A stretch of DNA of 64,000 nt from Squalus acanthias (taxonomy: Eukaryota): assembly GCA_030390025.1 (NCBI GenBank), contig CM059444.1, positions 35,340,001-35,404,000 of the forward strand, in the 5' to 3' direction. Below the pieces are notes generated by a model. The model saw only the letters and a list, made by a program, of their open reading frames with translations. It was not told where the DNA came from and ran no database searches. The translations under genes and the position numbers were made by a program. Of this stretch, positions 24,689 to 37,388 are shown piece after piece; position 1 is the stretch's first letter, and each line of letters starts with the position of its first letter.

Positions 24689-24960
24689 TTGCATCTGGTG
24701 CTGTCCGCCCCCCCCCCCCCCCCCCCCCCCCATTTAAATCCTTTCACTGATATCATAGATCCTAATGGTTGCTATATCATCCTGCAGGAAGGGCAGAACA
24801 GACTAAATGTGTACTACCACTGAAGCTTTTGGAAAAGTACCATAATCCAAGTCAAAAGTATAATCTCAGTATGAAAGCTTATCTTGAGTGGTAATTTCTC
24901 TTCTCCCCCAGTTGATGTATATTTGAAAAGCTTAACAGGAGACATTATGTAGTGCTCCAA

Positions 24961-24966
24961 AATAAA
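24961..24966 (+). terminator. Candidate proximal PDHB polyadenylation signal
   Basis: First AATAAA seen after the stop. Confidence 0.45.
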
Positions 24967-27308
24967 CAGAATATCTGACTGGTGACAAGTTCAAGTGTTA
25001 AAAATAACCTAGAGGCCACTAAAATATCCTCAAAGATTACTTTCATTCAAATCCTCTTTCAAAGAAAAAAATATAGCAGCCTCAAATCCTTGTTTCTGTA
25101 ACTTTTCTAGTCCAAATCAGCTGCACCCTAGGAATGTCTAGCTAGGAAAGCAACAATTCTTAACCTAGCACCTTTTTAAGCAATGTTGTGTCCATCAGTG
25201 AAGGGATTGATATAAAGGCCTTGGGAAGCTTCATACATAAGTTAATTGATGCAAACAAATCAGACTGGTTATTTAAATGTAAACTTTTTTCTTCTTTGTT
25301 ATATATTGTTTGTGATGTTCAATTGACAGGCCCTACTGCTTTTTAAAACATCCAAATTTCTGTAACTAGTCACTTAGTTTTATGAAAATGTTACAGCATT
25401 ATATGCTCTCTTTGAACTTCTTTTGAAAACGCACACCTGGTTAGTTTACAAATAGATTAACCTCTTGCCATGTTGAGTTGTACGCCACTGTCAATTACAA
25501 ATATAGTTAAAGTTCTTTAGCTCCAGCTTTCTTCTACAGATTATGTACCAGTTTGTACCTGGGCTGTTTTTGTTTATGTATATAACTACAGTGAAACTAG
25601 TTGAAATTAAAGTTTAAACAGACCAAGTCTAGTTTTTTTATTGTAAAAGGGGCAAGTGACACTCCCAAAAACCTTTCTAGCAACTGCTGTAAATGCTGTT
25701 TTTACTGAACACAATCCCTCTTGTCCAGTACAGCAGGACTTAAAACTTCAAAGGGTCCAGAAGTTTTACTTTATTTACAAAAGATAAAACCAGTTGAAGT
25801 TGTCTGTACTATCCATTTGGAAATTAATGATATGAAATAGGTCATAGGTTTAAAGCAATGATTATTTTATTGCCTAGTTATTGTTCCAGATGAAGTTGTG
25901 CCTATTTTAATTGGACAGGTAGAGCTGGGACCACTGCAACTGGACAACAGTGGGTGAGATTATGGGCTCAAGTACCAGGAGTGGTGTTGAACCCATGACC
26001 ACTGAGCCACAGCTGACCTAGTGACAGTGGAGCTCTTGAGTTTCATCAAGGTGTCTATTAGATACCAAGTCATTTGTATGTTTCAAAAGAGATTAAAGTA
26101 TGGTGTGGCAGTTCAGAACCATAAATGCAAGTTATAAACAAAACAATACTGACTTTGAAAAAATCTTAGTGGTAAAGTTAAAAACCTTTTTCAGTCACTG
26201 CAAAATTGGAATCAGGCTGGTGATTAATGAGTAATTACTACAGAAAGATTCCTATCCCATGTACCTCTTTACTGTATCACAGCATGAAACCCAGCAACTA
26301 GGGGTGATCTGTAAACTTGTTTATCATTTCTTACTCTGTATCTAGGATTGTGATACTCTAGAGGAATAAACCTAACTTTAAGCAATTACTGTATGGGCAT
26401 TTGAAACTTCTGTAATTTTAGACTTGCATAAGTTCATTTTAAATTGCAAAGTAAATCTCATCCAATGATAAAGTAACTTCTTCGGGCATTGTTTAGTATT
26501 CTTGCTGTATTGAAATTAAAAGTGGCAAACTTACCCTTTGAGTGACAAATACATTTCTGAAACAATGGACCAGACTTCTTGTCCTTCCTATGTGGAAAAG
26601 CTTAAGGCTTCAACTCTCACTGTGCCACAGCTGAGAATGGAAACCGAAGTTACTCTGGCTCCTGACCTTGCAATGTGCTTTGCCTTACACTGGTCAAGGT
26701 ATAAAGCTGTGTCCTAATTTACATTTTCACAGCAGAGATACCCAAAAATGGTGAATGACAGAAGACAATTATTTTAATAAAAATATTAAAACAGAATATC
26801 TAGTCATTGTTTACAAGAAAATTTGTACAGATATTACACCATGAAAATCTTTCTGCATAGAAACAGCTGTTTCTTTGTTTAAGATAAAACAATTATATCT
26901 TTAAAGTGCACTTTCTTCAGAATTTCAAGGTTATTAGGGGATTATGGTCAAACTACAGCTAGTTCTTTTAAGATACATTATTGCAAAACAGACTGGTGCC
27001 ATTTTTGTACTACCTCAAATGTCAAATTATTGCAGAACATTGGCTCCACAGGTAAGTTTACTGACTAGTGCTTAATGAAAAAAATCTACTTTAGAAACAT
27101 AGCCATGTCCACAAGGGGGCACAGCAAGTCCATAAGTAAATCATACCACATTGGCTGCAACACATGTTTTTAAAAGGAATGATTGTCCTGTACAAGAGCT
27201 CCACAAAAAATGACAAAGGTCTTGCCCCAAACATATATACACAGATGGCACATAATTTTCTTTACTCATCAGTGTTTTGTGTTTGTTGAATACCAAAGAC
27301 ATTTTGTA

Positions 27309-27499
27309 TTATTTGATTGTAGGGATGCTGTGATCACTTGTCTCTGTAGGCTTCAAGTGCCCCTTTTTAAAGCTTTGAATTGAGCTGAGTAAGGCTCCTC
27401 TGCCTGCACCATTGGCAGTAGAAATGGATTGTGATGGAAGTAAGATCTCAGACTTTGGAGGTGGCGGGGCAGCTGGTGGTGGAGGGACTGGTGAAACTC
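27309..27499 (-). CDS. PXK: PXK terminal coding exon (proline-rich tract + WH2 motif)
   Basis: GVSPVPPPPAAPPPP...GRGALLSSIQSFKKGHLKPTETSDHSIPTIK*; polypyrimidine tract with CAG acceptor. Confidence 0.92.
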
Positions 27500-29929
27500 C
27501 TGCAGGTATGGGAGAAAGAAAAAAAACAAGTAAATTATCAGTGAAAATAACTAATGAAAAAAAGTTCTCTTTTCCCACTAACTTATACAACTTTAATTAG
27601 AAAGAACTGCAAATGCTGGAAATACACAAGCTAGCATCTGTAAAGAGAAACAAGTTAACATTTTGGGTGTAACTCACCATTAACAAAAGTATAGCTGACA
27701 TGTCAATTTTTCTTTGCAGGCACTGACTTGTGTTCTTCCAGCATTCTATATTTTTATTTTACATGATTTTATTTTTGGCAAAATACTTACAAACTTCACC
27801 AATGATCACAACATTTTTCTTTAAACAAAAGTAATTGCCCTCCGCTCAACCTGCTCAGGAAAAGCATTTTTGCACACCTGATGCTGTTGTTTTTTTCCTG
27901 TTCAGTATATAATATACATACTAATTTTTAAACTTAATATAGTTGCTTTGTCAAGGCCACGCTTGATGGGCATTCACAAGCTTATTAAATATTAAGTGCA
28001 ATACTGCTCTGTGGAGATGGAAGATAGCACATGACTTGGTTTCTAACAAAGCAGACATTAAACAATGAAGTGGAGCTAGGCGAGGGGTTCTTCTGCCTTA
28101 AAGAACATTGCCTTTTGACCTCACATGCAAGTACAGTATAAAACCATCCCTATTTTTGGCACCAATTTCAGTCAGAGGACATGAGTATGGCTAGTGTGAG
28201 AAATGGAATAATCAGTAGTGCTGCAGGTTGCTCTTGAAAGGTTTGGCTTATGGCAAATTATTGGCAGTGTAGTGTGAATACTGACACAGGATATAAATGT
28301 AGAAAAATGTTCCATTCCCTATTAATGGCATCTCAATTGAATAATGACAATTCAAGAAACAAAAAAAAAGTTTTGTTTCCAGTTCTCTATTTGCTCTTAG
28401 TTGTCTTTTTTAAATGGTCCATGTAGAAGTGAGTCTATCAGATGCACCCAGCAGCAGCTGTTGAAGAAACAGTCTGTAAGCCAATGTAAATCTTTGGTAG
28501 CAATCAGGAAAAGCAGAGTTTTGTATATGAGACACGGCTGTCTGTGTGCCTTAACAGCCATCATCATAATCACAGTAACCAATCAATGAAATCTTGTCTA
28601 GAATGTTACAGCCTGAAACAAATTTCACATTAAAGTAAGTGTATGATCATGTATTTATTTATGCACCATCGCTATACAGGGAAACAGATTTAGTGGTCAC
28701 AGCCTGAACAAGGTAAATAAGAAACTCAGCATCACCTTTAGCAAGGATTCTTTTTCTTTAAGATTGGATATCATTTTCCCCACCCCATTAACTATCAAAA
28801 TTGTAACAAGCAGAACGAGCTAGCAGGTTACTTGTATTAAGTTGAAATAAAACTATCGTACAAGTCTGTGTTGTAGCAACATATCTCAAGGTTTTGTACA
28901 GAATTGTAAAGGAACTTGATTTTTTAAACTAATTCCACCCTACTAAGGCCATAGGGATATTTCTGAATGTATATTTACAATGTAACTAAACCTTGTTGAA
29001 CCAATATGGAATCGCAAGAAATAGCTAAATGGAATAATCTTAATTTACAGCATTAGGTTTCACAAAGTTTCGATTAAAATTTAAAGTACATTTGATTTGT
29101 ACAATAATCACAGCATTTTTAAAAATACAGATTATCTACATCACAGAACAATAGTGGTGACATTTTCATGCTTTTATTTTGATGAGCAGTGTTACTATTT
29201 GCACAATATTTAAATAGAAACATACCCATATTTGCAAAAATTAATATGAACAAAGATGCAAATAGATCACATTTAAACCTTTCGCTATTGTAGAAACAGG
29301 TTTGTCAACTCAACAGGTAAAAGACAGGGCTGTTAATACCATGGTTTGGAAATTTGAGCTCTTGAACAACACAGAAGCAACATTTCAAATGTGAACAAAA
29401 TTAGGGCTCAAATTTGGTCCATTGCAAGATGCACCACAGAACTCCTGATCATGGTCAGAGAAGGGAGAAAGAAACTTTCCACATCACTCCAGTCTATTCT
29501 CATATAATGTCCTAATAATTGATTACACAGTAGTGATCTAGGAGCTGTGTGTAAATATGAAGACATCCAATTAGCAATATTACTAATGCTGCAGATTTTT
29601 TTTTAGACAATTATGATCCATTGTGCAAACAATGTTTGAAGCATTCAAGGAAAAACAAAAAATGGAACTACACAGGAAGTAGCACCCCTCAGTTGGATGC
29701 TGTGATGGGGGAGGCAGTGTCTTTCCAGATGGAGTTTTCCTCATCCTTATCTATCTTACAATGGATCAGTGGGTAAACATACCATATGTATTATTCAGTC
29801 ATGTAGACCAAAGACCCATGTTTGAACTATGGTCTGTGTTGAATTAGCCACACAAGGTGTTACAATTGCCTCAACACCCCTGACTAGAGAAAGGAAAAAA
29901 ATTAGCAGGACTGTTGATTTAATCACTTT

Positions 29930-31790
29930 ATCTCTCCTCCCTCAACTGTCACCCAGCCATGTTACTTTTCATTTTTCTTCTACCTAGTACTTTCTGGTGA
30001 CTCGAGTCTTCTTCTCCGTTCCCCTTGCCCTCTCTCCTCCAAATCATCGGTGTCCTGTCCTCCCTAAAATATCTCCTACCCATATTCACAGCCACCATCT
30101 TGAAGCTCACCATTGATCATGTTCTTTCAACTCCCATGGTCTCGATCATCAACAAGGCCATATCAGATCATTTCCTTGTATCCCTCACCACACACATCTC
30201 CCACCCTATTTCAAACCTACTTCCTTTGCATCTGCTGGTGGAAAAGAAATCTCCTCCAAGTCACTTACAATTGCACTCAAACTTTCAACTGCTTTTGGCC
30301 CTCCATTCAGTACAATACTACTGCAGCTATTGATTTGTTCAACCACTTCCTCACCTCCACCTTCAACGTCCAAATCCCCAGAAAAACCTTCACCATCTCT
30401 CATCCCTGTTGTGCCCCCAGTATGGTCCTGATCTTCACTCACTTAAGTCCAAGAGCACACAACTAGCTTAACCATCCATCCCCAGATTGGTTGGACCACA
30501 TTAATCTTTATCCGGCCTAGTTATTCTCTGCCAAAACCACATTACTCAAGGATCATCCTGGATCACAAAGTTAACCCCAGGCTTCTTTTCTCTACTACCA
30601 ACCACTTCCTTAAACCCCACTCCCCTACCTCCTCCACTCTAATGCCAAGTGCAAGGAGCTTGTGGATTTATTTACCACCAGAACAGATCATCCGTTCAGC
30701 TGCTTGCTACTTTCCTGTTCCCCTTGCTCACTAAGCCAGCCTTCCCAATTGCCCCCAACTTAGTGCTGAACCCCCATCTCTAGTTTTCTTCCCTCATGCC
30801 TTTTCTAAGCTCATCTTGCGCATGGGACCCAGCTCCTGCTCCCTCAACCCCATTCCCATTAAACTCCTGAAAATCCAACTTCCCTTCCTGGCCCTATGCT
30901 AGCTGACATTGTTAATAGTTCTCTCTCCCCTTCGGCACTGTCCCCCATCCTTGCAAAATTACTGTCATCACCACCTCCTTAAAACACAAACCCTCTCTCT
31001 CTGTCCTTGCAAATAACCATTGCCAACCTTCCTTTCCTCTCCAAAATCCTTGAATGTGTCACCATCTAGGCTGTGCTCATCCCTCGCACAACACCAAATC
31101 AGCCCTAACCAAAGTCTCAAATGATATTGCGTGCTGTCCGGTTTGACCCCGAGCTGAGCTTCCGACCCCATATCCTCTTCATTGCTGCGATTTCTACCTC
31201 CGTAATATCAGCCACCTCTGCTCGTGCCTCACCCATCTACCACTGAAGCCATCATCCAGACTCAATAAACCTAATGCTCTCCTGGCCGGACTCTCATCTT
31301 CCACTCTATAAACTTCAGCACATCCAAAGCTCTGCACATGTATCTTATTCCACACCAAGTCCTGCTTGCTCTTCACCTCTGCCCTCACTGATCTACATTG
31401 GCTCCCAATCCACCAATGCCTCAAACTTAAAATTCGCATCCTTGTGTTTAAATCTTTTCATGGCCTCACTTCCTATTTCTATAATCGCCTCCAGCCCCAC
31501 AACCCCCTCCAAACACTCCATTCTTCTGACTCCAGCCTCCGACACATCTTCCTTCCCTTCACCTCACTATTGGTGGCTATGATTTCAGCCACCTAGGCAT
31601 CACAGTTTAGAATTCCTTCCCTACACCCCATCCCATTTAAGGCCCTCCTTAAATCCCACCTCTTTCACCAAACTTTTGGTCACCCCTCCAAGCCTTCTTT
31701 GGTAAGGCATCCATTTTATACTTGCATGTCAAACACCCTGGGACATTTTTTCTGCATTAAAGCCACCATATCATTAACAGCAAGTTGCTG
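29930..31790 (+). mobile_element. Old, degraded L2-type LINE
   Basis: Remnant motifs ISDHFLV, KLQHIQ, LTDLHWLPI; C-rich L2-like composition. Confidence 0.75.
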
Positions 31791-32098
31791 TTGTTGGTAC
31801 TCACTGTACAAGCTCAAACAAAGAACTGCTTCTTGGGAAGAGGCACAGGAAGGCTACGGAGACCAATGGAACTGTAGCTCAGCATCAAAGGCGTAAAGGG
31901 AGGAAAATCAAAGGAAAAATATAACAGACATACAAAGAACCTATTAACCAGGAGTTCAGTGACGAACACATAAATTATCTGCTTAAAAAAGATTCCCCCC
32001 CCCACCCAAGAGTGATTGTGATGCAAGAGCAAACTGATTCACCTTGATGACTGTGACCTCTTGCTGCAGCCTATAAATTTTAGGGTGGTCTACATTAC

Positions 32099-32128
32099 CC
32101 CAAAGTCAGGCTCAAAATGGTGTGTGCT
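32099..32128 (-). CDS. PXK: Candidate PXK alternative cassette exon encoding EHTPF-stop
   Basis: Polypyrimidine-TAG acceptor, AG CAC ACA CCA TTT TGA in phase 1, GTAATG donor at 32098; resembles the VEHAPF ending of the short mammalian PXK isoform (recalled, not checked). Confidence 0.62.
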
Positions 32129-32399
32129 CTACAGCAAAGACAGCATAAAAAGAAAGAAGCAATAAGTCAATACCAAGAAAGAGGCATTCTGGACAATATA
32201 CAAAATGCAAACAGTGACAGTTTCAGACAACTGATGGGTTACCAAAGACAAATCAAAGATAAATGTTACACAATTACTTATTACATAAAATGTCATGCAG
32301 GTCTGTGACAGTTTCTGATGTCTCTTACTATCACACTTTACCACAACATTAAAAACAATAAGTGCTCCTAAAGGCAGACAATATCAGTTTAAACAAAAG

Positions 32400-32552
32400 A
32401 AAAACGCTGAAATCGGAAATAAAAACACTCAGCAGGTCAGACAGCATCTGTGGAGAGAGAAACAGAGGTCGATGACCTTTCATCGTCATTGACCTGAAAC
32501 GTTAACTCTGTTTCTCTGTCCACAGATGCTGTCTGACCTGCTGAATGTTTCC
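32400..32552. mobile_element. Head-to-head inverted pair of Penelope-like repeat fragments
   Basis: Arms 32423-32467 and 32506-32550 are near-perfect reverse complements. Confidence 0.72.
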
Positions 32553-32934
32553 AATATAATTTATGGGTTACTTGGGAAAGGACGGTTTCTGACTAAACTA
32601 GCCGTAACAAATTAATTATCAGCAACAGTAGAGGGGAATCATTTATCAGTGACAACTAAAAAATAATGCATAGCAGATGTGCTTCCATGGAATTTACATA
32701 AGCCAGCCTCACATGTCTAATCTTGTAAAATAAATGGATACTGTTACCTTGAGTAGAGCCCTGTAATTACAATCAGGGAAAAGCACACCTATCTTCACTT
32801 CTTGTACTAACTCCATGCACAAAAGTGTCTGTTTAAGTAGAGTTTTCAGTTAAGTGTTTTCTGCCACGATTTTGGTCTCCCACACCTGTTCAATATATTT
32901 AGCAATTGATTTAAGGAATAGACTACTAACCTTG

Positions 32935-33200
32935 ATGGCTCAGTGGGCAAATGCACTACATGGTGTGGCACTGAACCAAACCAGAAAAGTCCCAAATGCA
33001 ATCCCTACGCTGACCGATCTAATCTCACTAAGGCAGCAATGAGACAATATGACTATCCTCGGCACCCATGGACCAGTAATGGAAAGGGGGGGGGGAAACC
33101 TGCTTGCGATTGCCACCGTGACCTATGCTGATGAACCCAATATACAAACAGGCCATTCAGACTCCGCTCTGGAATGGGCACGGCTGCTGTTGTTGGCAGA
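32935..33200 (+). mobile_element. tRNA-derived SINE-like repeat
   Basis: TGGCTCAGTGG A-box-like head; similarity to other copies in the window. Confidence 0.5.
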
Positions 33201-34544
33201 ACTCTCAGCAAATAATGCCGCCTTCAGGAAAGAAGAAAACCAGAGAAAAAAAGACAAACGAAACGTAAACACACATACAAGCAAAGAGCAGAAGTCCTCA
33301 TAATGAAGTAACTCCCAGTCATATACAATTCCCCACAGCATTACTATTACCAGCCGAGAATATCCTCACTTCCTAGCTTAACAAAACAGCTCTCACCAGC
33401 CCAATGGCTCCAGGATCTGTGTGCTATGATCCTCCACCCAAACTCCAGAATCACAAAAGGTGAAACTTCCACTCCCCCCTGCAAAAATCAACTGGATAAT
33501 ACAGTGTCACCAAAGTCTTCTGACTGCTTAATCTCTCCCAATACGTTTTGAGATAATGGATATTGAAAATACTTCTCTCAAAACGCAGATTCATGGCATA
33601 AATCAGACACAATAGGTTTGGTGAGGGTTTTATAGAACACATCGGCTACTGTCAACCATTTGTTACATTTGAGTTCAACGGTTGTATAAAAACTGCATCT
33701 AACCATGTGCCATTTACACAGTAGAGAATTAATATATAATATGATGAGATTGCAGAAACAGTACAAACCGATGGGATGGAATGTGTCTCATTAATGACCT
33801 GCCTGATAACCCAAGAAAAATAAGTTGCACGGGAGTCACCTGATATTAGATTATAGAACACTTTAGGTTTCTCATTTTTAATACTGCATGCAGAGATTCT
33901 TGGCAAGCCAAAGTGATAAAATAGCCATTAGAAAGGAAAAGCAATTAGAAGAGGGAAAAAAGGAAGCCATTACATTGTTTACAATTTGCTACGGTCAGAT
34001 TTTCGGAAGTTATAGGTTTACTGAAAGCATTATGACATTAGGATTACATGGAGCCAAATCTTATTTGCCATTAAGAATGAAGAACAGAAAATGCAACTGC
34101 AGTAATTACAGTTATGGTGCATTTCAGCATGACTTTAAAAATTCTAGAAAACCCCAGGGACTACACTACTGCCTTAACACTAATAATATGAGTGTGTGAC
34201 TATTAAAGTTAACCATTTGAGGCACCTAAACAAAACAGGACATCAAAATTGGCCTAGTATTCCTGAATGGCAGGCAGTATAAAATATTTCACTAATAGGC
34301 TACTTGGAAAATCTTCTAGCAAGTAATAACAAATTATCAGCAACAATGAAGGTAAGTAACTGATGAATTGTATTTTCAAAATACTGCAGGGCATCGTGGT
34401 GGATTGGTGCTGTAACATGCTTTGTGAAGTGGTAGGACAGTGCATGAGTTCACACCATTTGCTACACACAACACATTCCCTAATCAAAGCTCTGTCATAA
34501 GGCAGACACTGAAGAGAGCCCAGATTACTCACCCTTGGCTATTC

Positions 34545-36470
34545 TCAACGGCAACTTTTATGTAGGACCTTTAACATAGAAAAACATCCCAAGGTGCTTC
34601 AAGAAGACATAATCATATAAAAATAGGCAACAAACCAGAGAAGGAGGCATGACAAAAGCTTGGTCAAAAAGATAGGTTTTAAGGATGGTTTTAAAGAAGG
34701 AGGAGGAGGTGGAGGTGTTCAAGGTTGAATCGGATGCTAAGGTTGTGAAACAGTCTGGGCAGAGGGGTGGAATCAGTGGCAAGGGTATTAGGGCACTTAG
34801 AAAATCATAACATGATTAGGCAGAGTCAACATGGTTTTATGAAAGGGAAATTGTGTTTGACAAATTTATTAGAGTTTTTTGAGGATGGAAATAGCAGGGT
34901 AGATAAAGGGGAACCAGTGGGTGTAGTATATTTGGATTTCCAAAAGGCATTCGATAAGGTGCCACATAAAAGGTTATTACACAAGATAAGGGCTCATGGG
35001 GTTGGGGGTAATATAGTAACATGGATAGAGGATTAGTTAACGGACAGAAAACAGAGAATAGGGATAAACGGGTCTTTTTCAGGTTGGCAGGCTGTAACTA
35101 GTGGGGTGCTGCAAGGATCAGTGCTGGGGCCTGAATCTATATTAATGACCTAGATGAAGGGACCGAGTGTAATGTATCCAAGTTTGCTGACGATACAAAG
35201 CTAGGTGGGACAGTAAGCTGCGAGGAGAACACAAAGGGTCTGCAAAGGGATAAAAATAGACTAAGTGAGTGGGCAGTAAGGTGGCAGATGGAGTATAATG
35301 TAGGGAAATGTGAGATTATTTACTTTGGTAGGAAGAATAGAAACAGAATATTTTCTAAATGGTGAGAAACTTTTAAATGTTGGTGTTGAGAGAGATTTGG
35401 GTGTCCTCGTGCAAGAAACACAGAAAGCTAGCATGCAGGTACAACAAGCAATAAGGAAGGCAAATGGCATGTTGGCCTTAATTGCAAGGGAGTTGGAGTA
35501 TAAGAGTAAGGAAGTCTTGCTACAATTGTACAGGGCCTTGGTGAGACCACACCTGGAGTACTGTGCACAGTTTTGGTCTCCTTATCTAAGGAAGGATATA
35601 CTGGCCTTGGAGGCGGTGCAACAAAGGTTCACTAGATTGATTCCTGGGATGAGAGGGCTGTCCTATGAGGAGAGATTGTGTAGATTGGGCCTATACACTC
35701 TGGAGTTTAGAAGAATGAGAGGGGATCTCATTGAAACATACAAGATTCTGAAGGGGATTGACAGGGTAGATGCCGAGAGGTTGTTCCCCCTGGCTGGAGT
35801 CTCTAGAAATAGGGGGCATAGTCTCAGGTTAAGGGGTAGGCCATTTAAGACCAAAATGAGGAGGAATTTCTTCACTCATAGGGTTGTGAATCTTTAGAAT
35901 TCTCTGCCCCAGAGGATTGTGAATGCTGAGTCTTTGAATATATTCAAGGCTGAGATAGATAGATTTCTGGACTCTAGGGGAATCAAAGGATAAGGAGATC
36001 AGACAGGAAAATGGAGTTGAGGTTGATGATCAGCCAAGATTTTATTGAATGGCGGAGCAGGCTATAGGGGCAGCACGGCCTACTCCTGCTCCTATTATGT
36101 TCTTATGGTACAGTATTTGTGGCAAGAGCTGAAGATGATGGCTTCAGTCTTCCCAATGTTTAACTGGACGAAATTGCAGCTCATCCAAGACTGGATGTCG
36201 GACAAGCAATCTGACAGCATAGAGGCAGTGGAGGGTCGAGAGAGGTGGTGGAAAGGTGTCGTCAGAATACATGTGGAAGCTGACCCTGTGTCTTCAGATG
36301 ATGTCGCTGGGGTCAAAATGTCAATGAGGAAGAGAGAGGTCCAAGGATAGATCCTTGGGGAACTCCAAAAGTAACAGTGATGGAAGCAGGATGAACAACC
36401 ATTGCTGGAATTCTCTGGCTTTGATTGAATATGTAAGTGTGGAACTAAGCAAAGGCTGGACAATGGAGGA
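34545..36470 (-). mobile_element. Degraded L2 LINE interrupted by a CR1 insertion
   Basis: L2-type 3' end at about 34545-34764 and RT remnant CLSDIQSWMS...QLNIGKTEAII at about 36108-36470. Confidence 0.65.
34765..36107 (+). mobile_element. 5'-truncated CR1 LINE
   Basis: [35 protein letters not shown]; TTCTTATG tail. Confidence 0.92.
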
Positions 36471-36520
36471 GAGCCATTGTCATAGAAGTCATAGAGTCAT
36501 AGTCACGTTCCACACTCTAT

Positions 36521-37388
36521 GGCCGGAATTTTGCCGGCACTCAGGGCGGGTTTGGAGGCGGGACATACGGCAAAATCGCAAAGATTGACAGCGGGTCAGA
36601 AACCCGCTGTCAACCTGCTTCCAATCAATCGTCCCAAGTGTCGGGTCCCCGATTTGCGCATGGACCCGACACCTAGCGGCGGGAAGAGGATTATAGCCAC
36701 TTAACTGCTTGTTAACAGGTTATTAACAGGCAGTTATCAGGCTTTTTCCAATTTTGACACTTCTACTGCGGGCTTGCCGACGTCCGGACACCACGCCAGG
36801 TAAGTGTGGCATGTTGTGAGTCTGCTGTAATGTTTATGCATTGATGACAGCTGCAGAAGTGGTGTGAAGGATCCAATGGTGAGTTTCAGGAGGTAAGAAA
36901 ATGTTGGGAAATTCATTTTTAATGCATTTAGACTTTTCTGTAGGTAACAAGTTTTGAATTGTATGTGTAGTCCCACCTCATTGGGAGAACCTCTCTCACC
37001 AGTGACAGATCACTTCTGTAACCTCAACTGCAGCTGCCATCTGTTCTAGTCTAAGGAGGGAGTCACTGGAGAGCCTGGGTGCAAAGCTCACCTGTGAACA
37101 GTCATGGTCAGTGTTTGCAGCACCTCAATGCTGTCAAACACTGAAAAATCACCTGTCAAAAAAAATTGTGCGTGGTCCATTTAAGAAAACCGGCAGAAGA
37201 CGCATCATCAAATGACGTCATCTGACACCAGCTTCCTCTTAATTGTCCGGCAAGCCCGCAGGGCGGGTTTAACAAGGCCAATTGACATAAAATTACGTCT
37301 GTGGGCCAGATGTAGTTGGGGGGTGGGACTGGAACCCGGAAGGCAGCTGACCCGCTCCCAAGCCGCCTTGAAGCATAAAATCGTGGCC
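36521..37388 (-). mobile_element. PIF/Harbinger-type internally deleted element
   Basis: Imperfect TIRs GGCCGGAATTTT / AAAATCGTGGCC with TAT on both flanks; reverse-strand similarity to 57861-58150. Confidence 0.75.
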
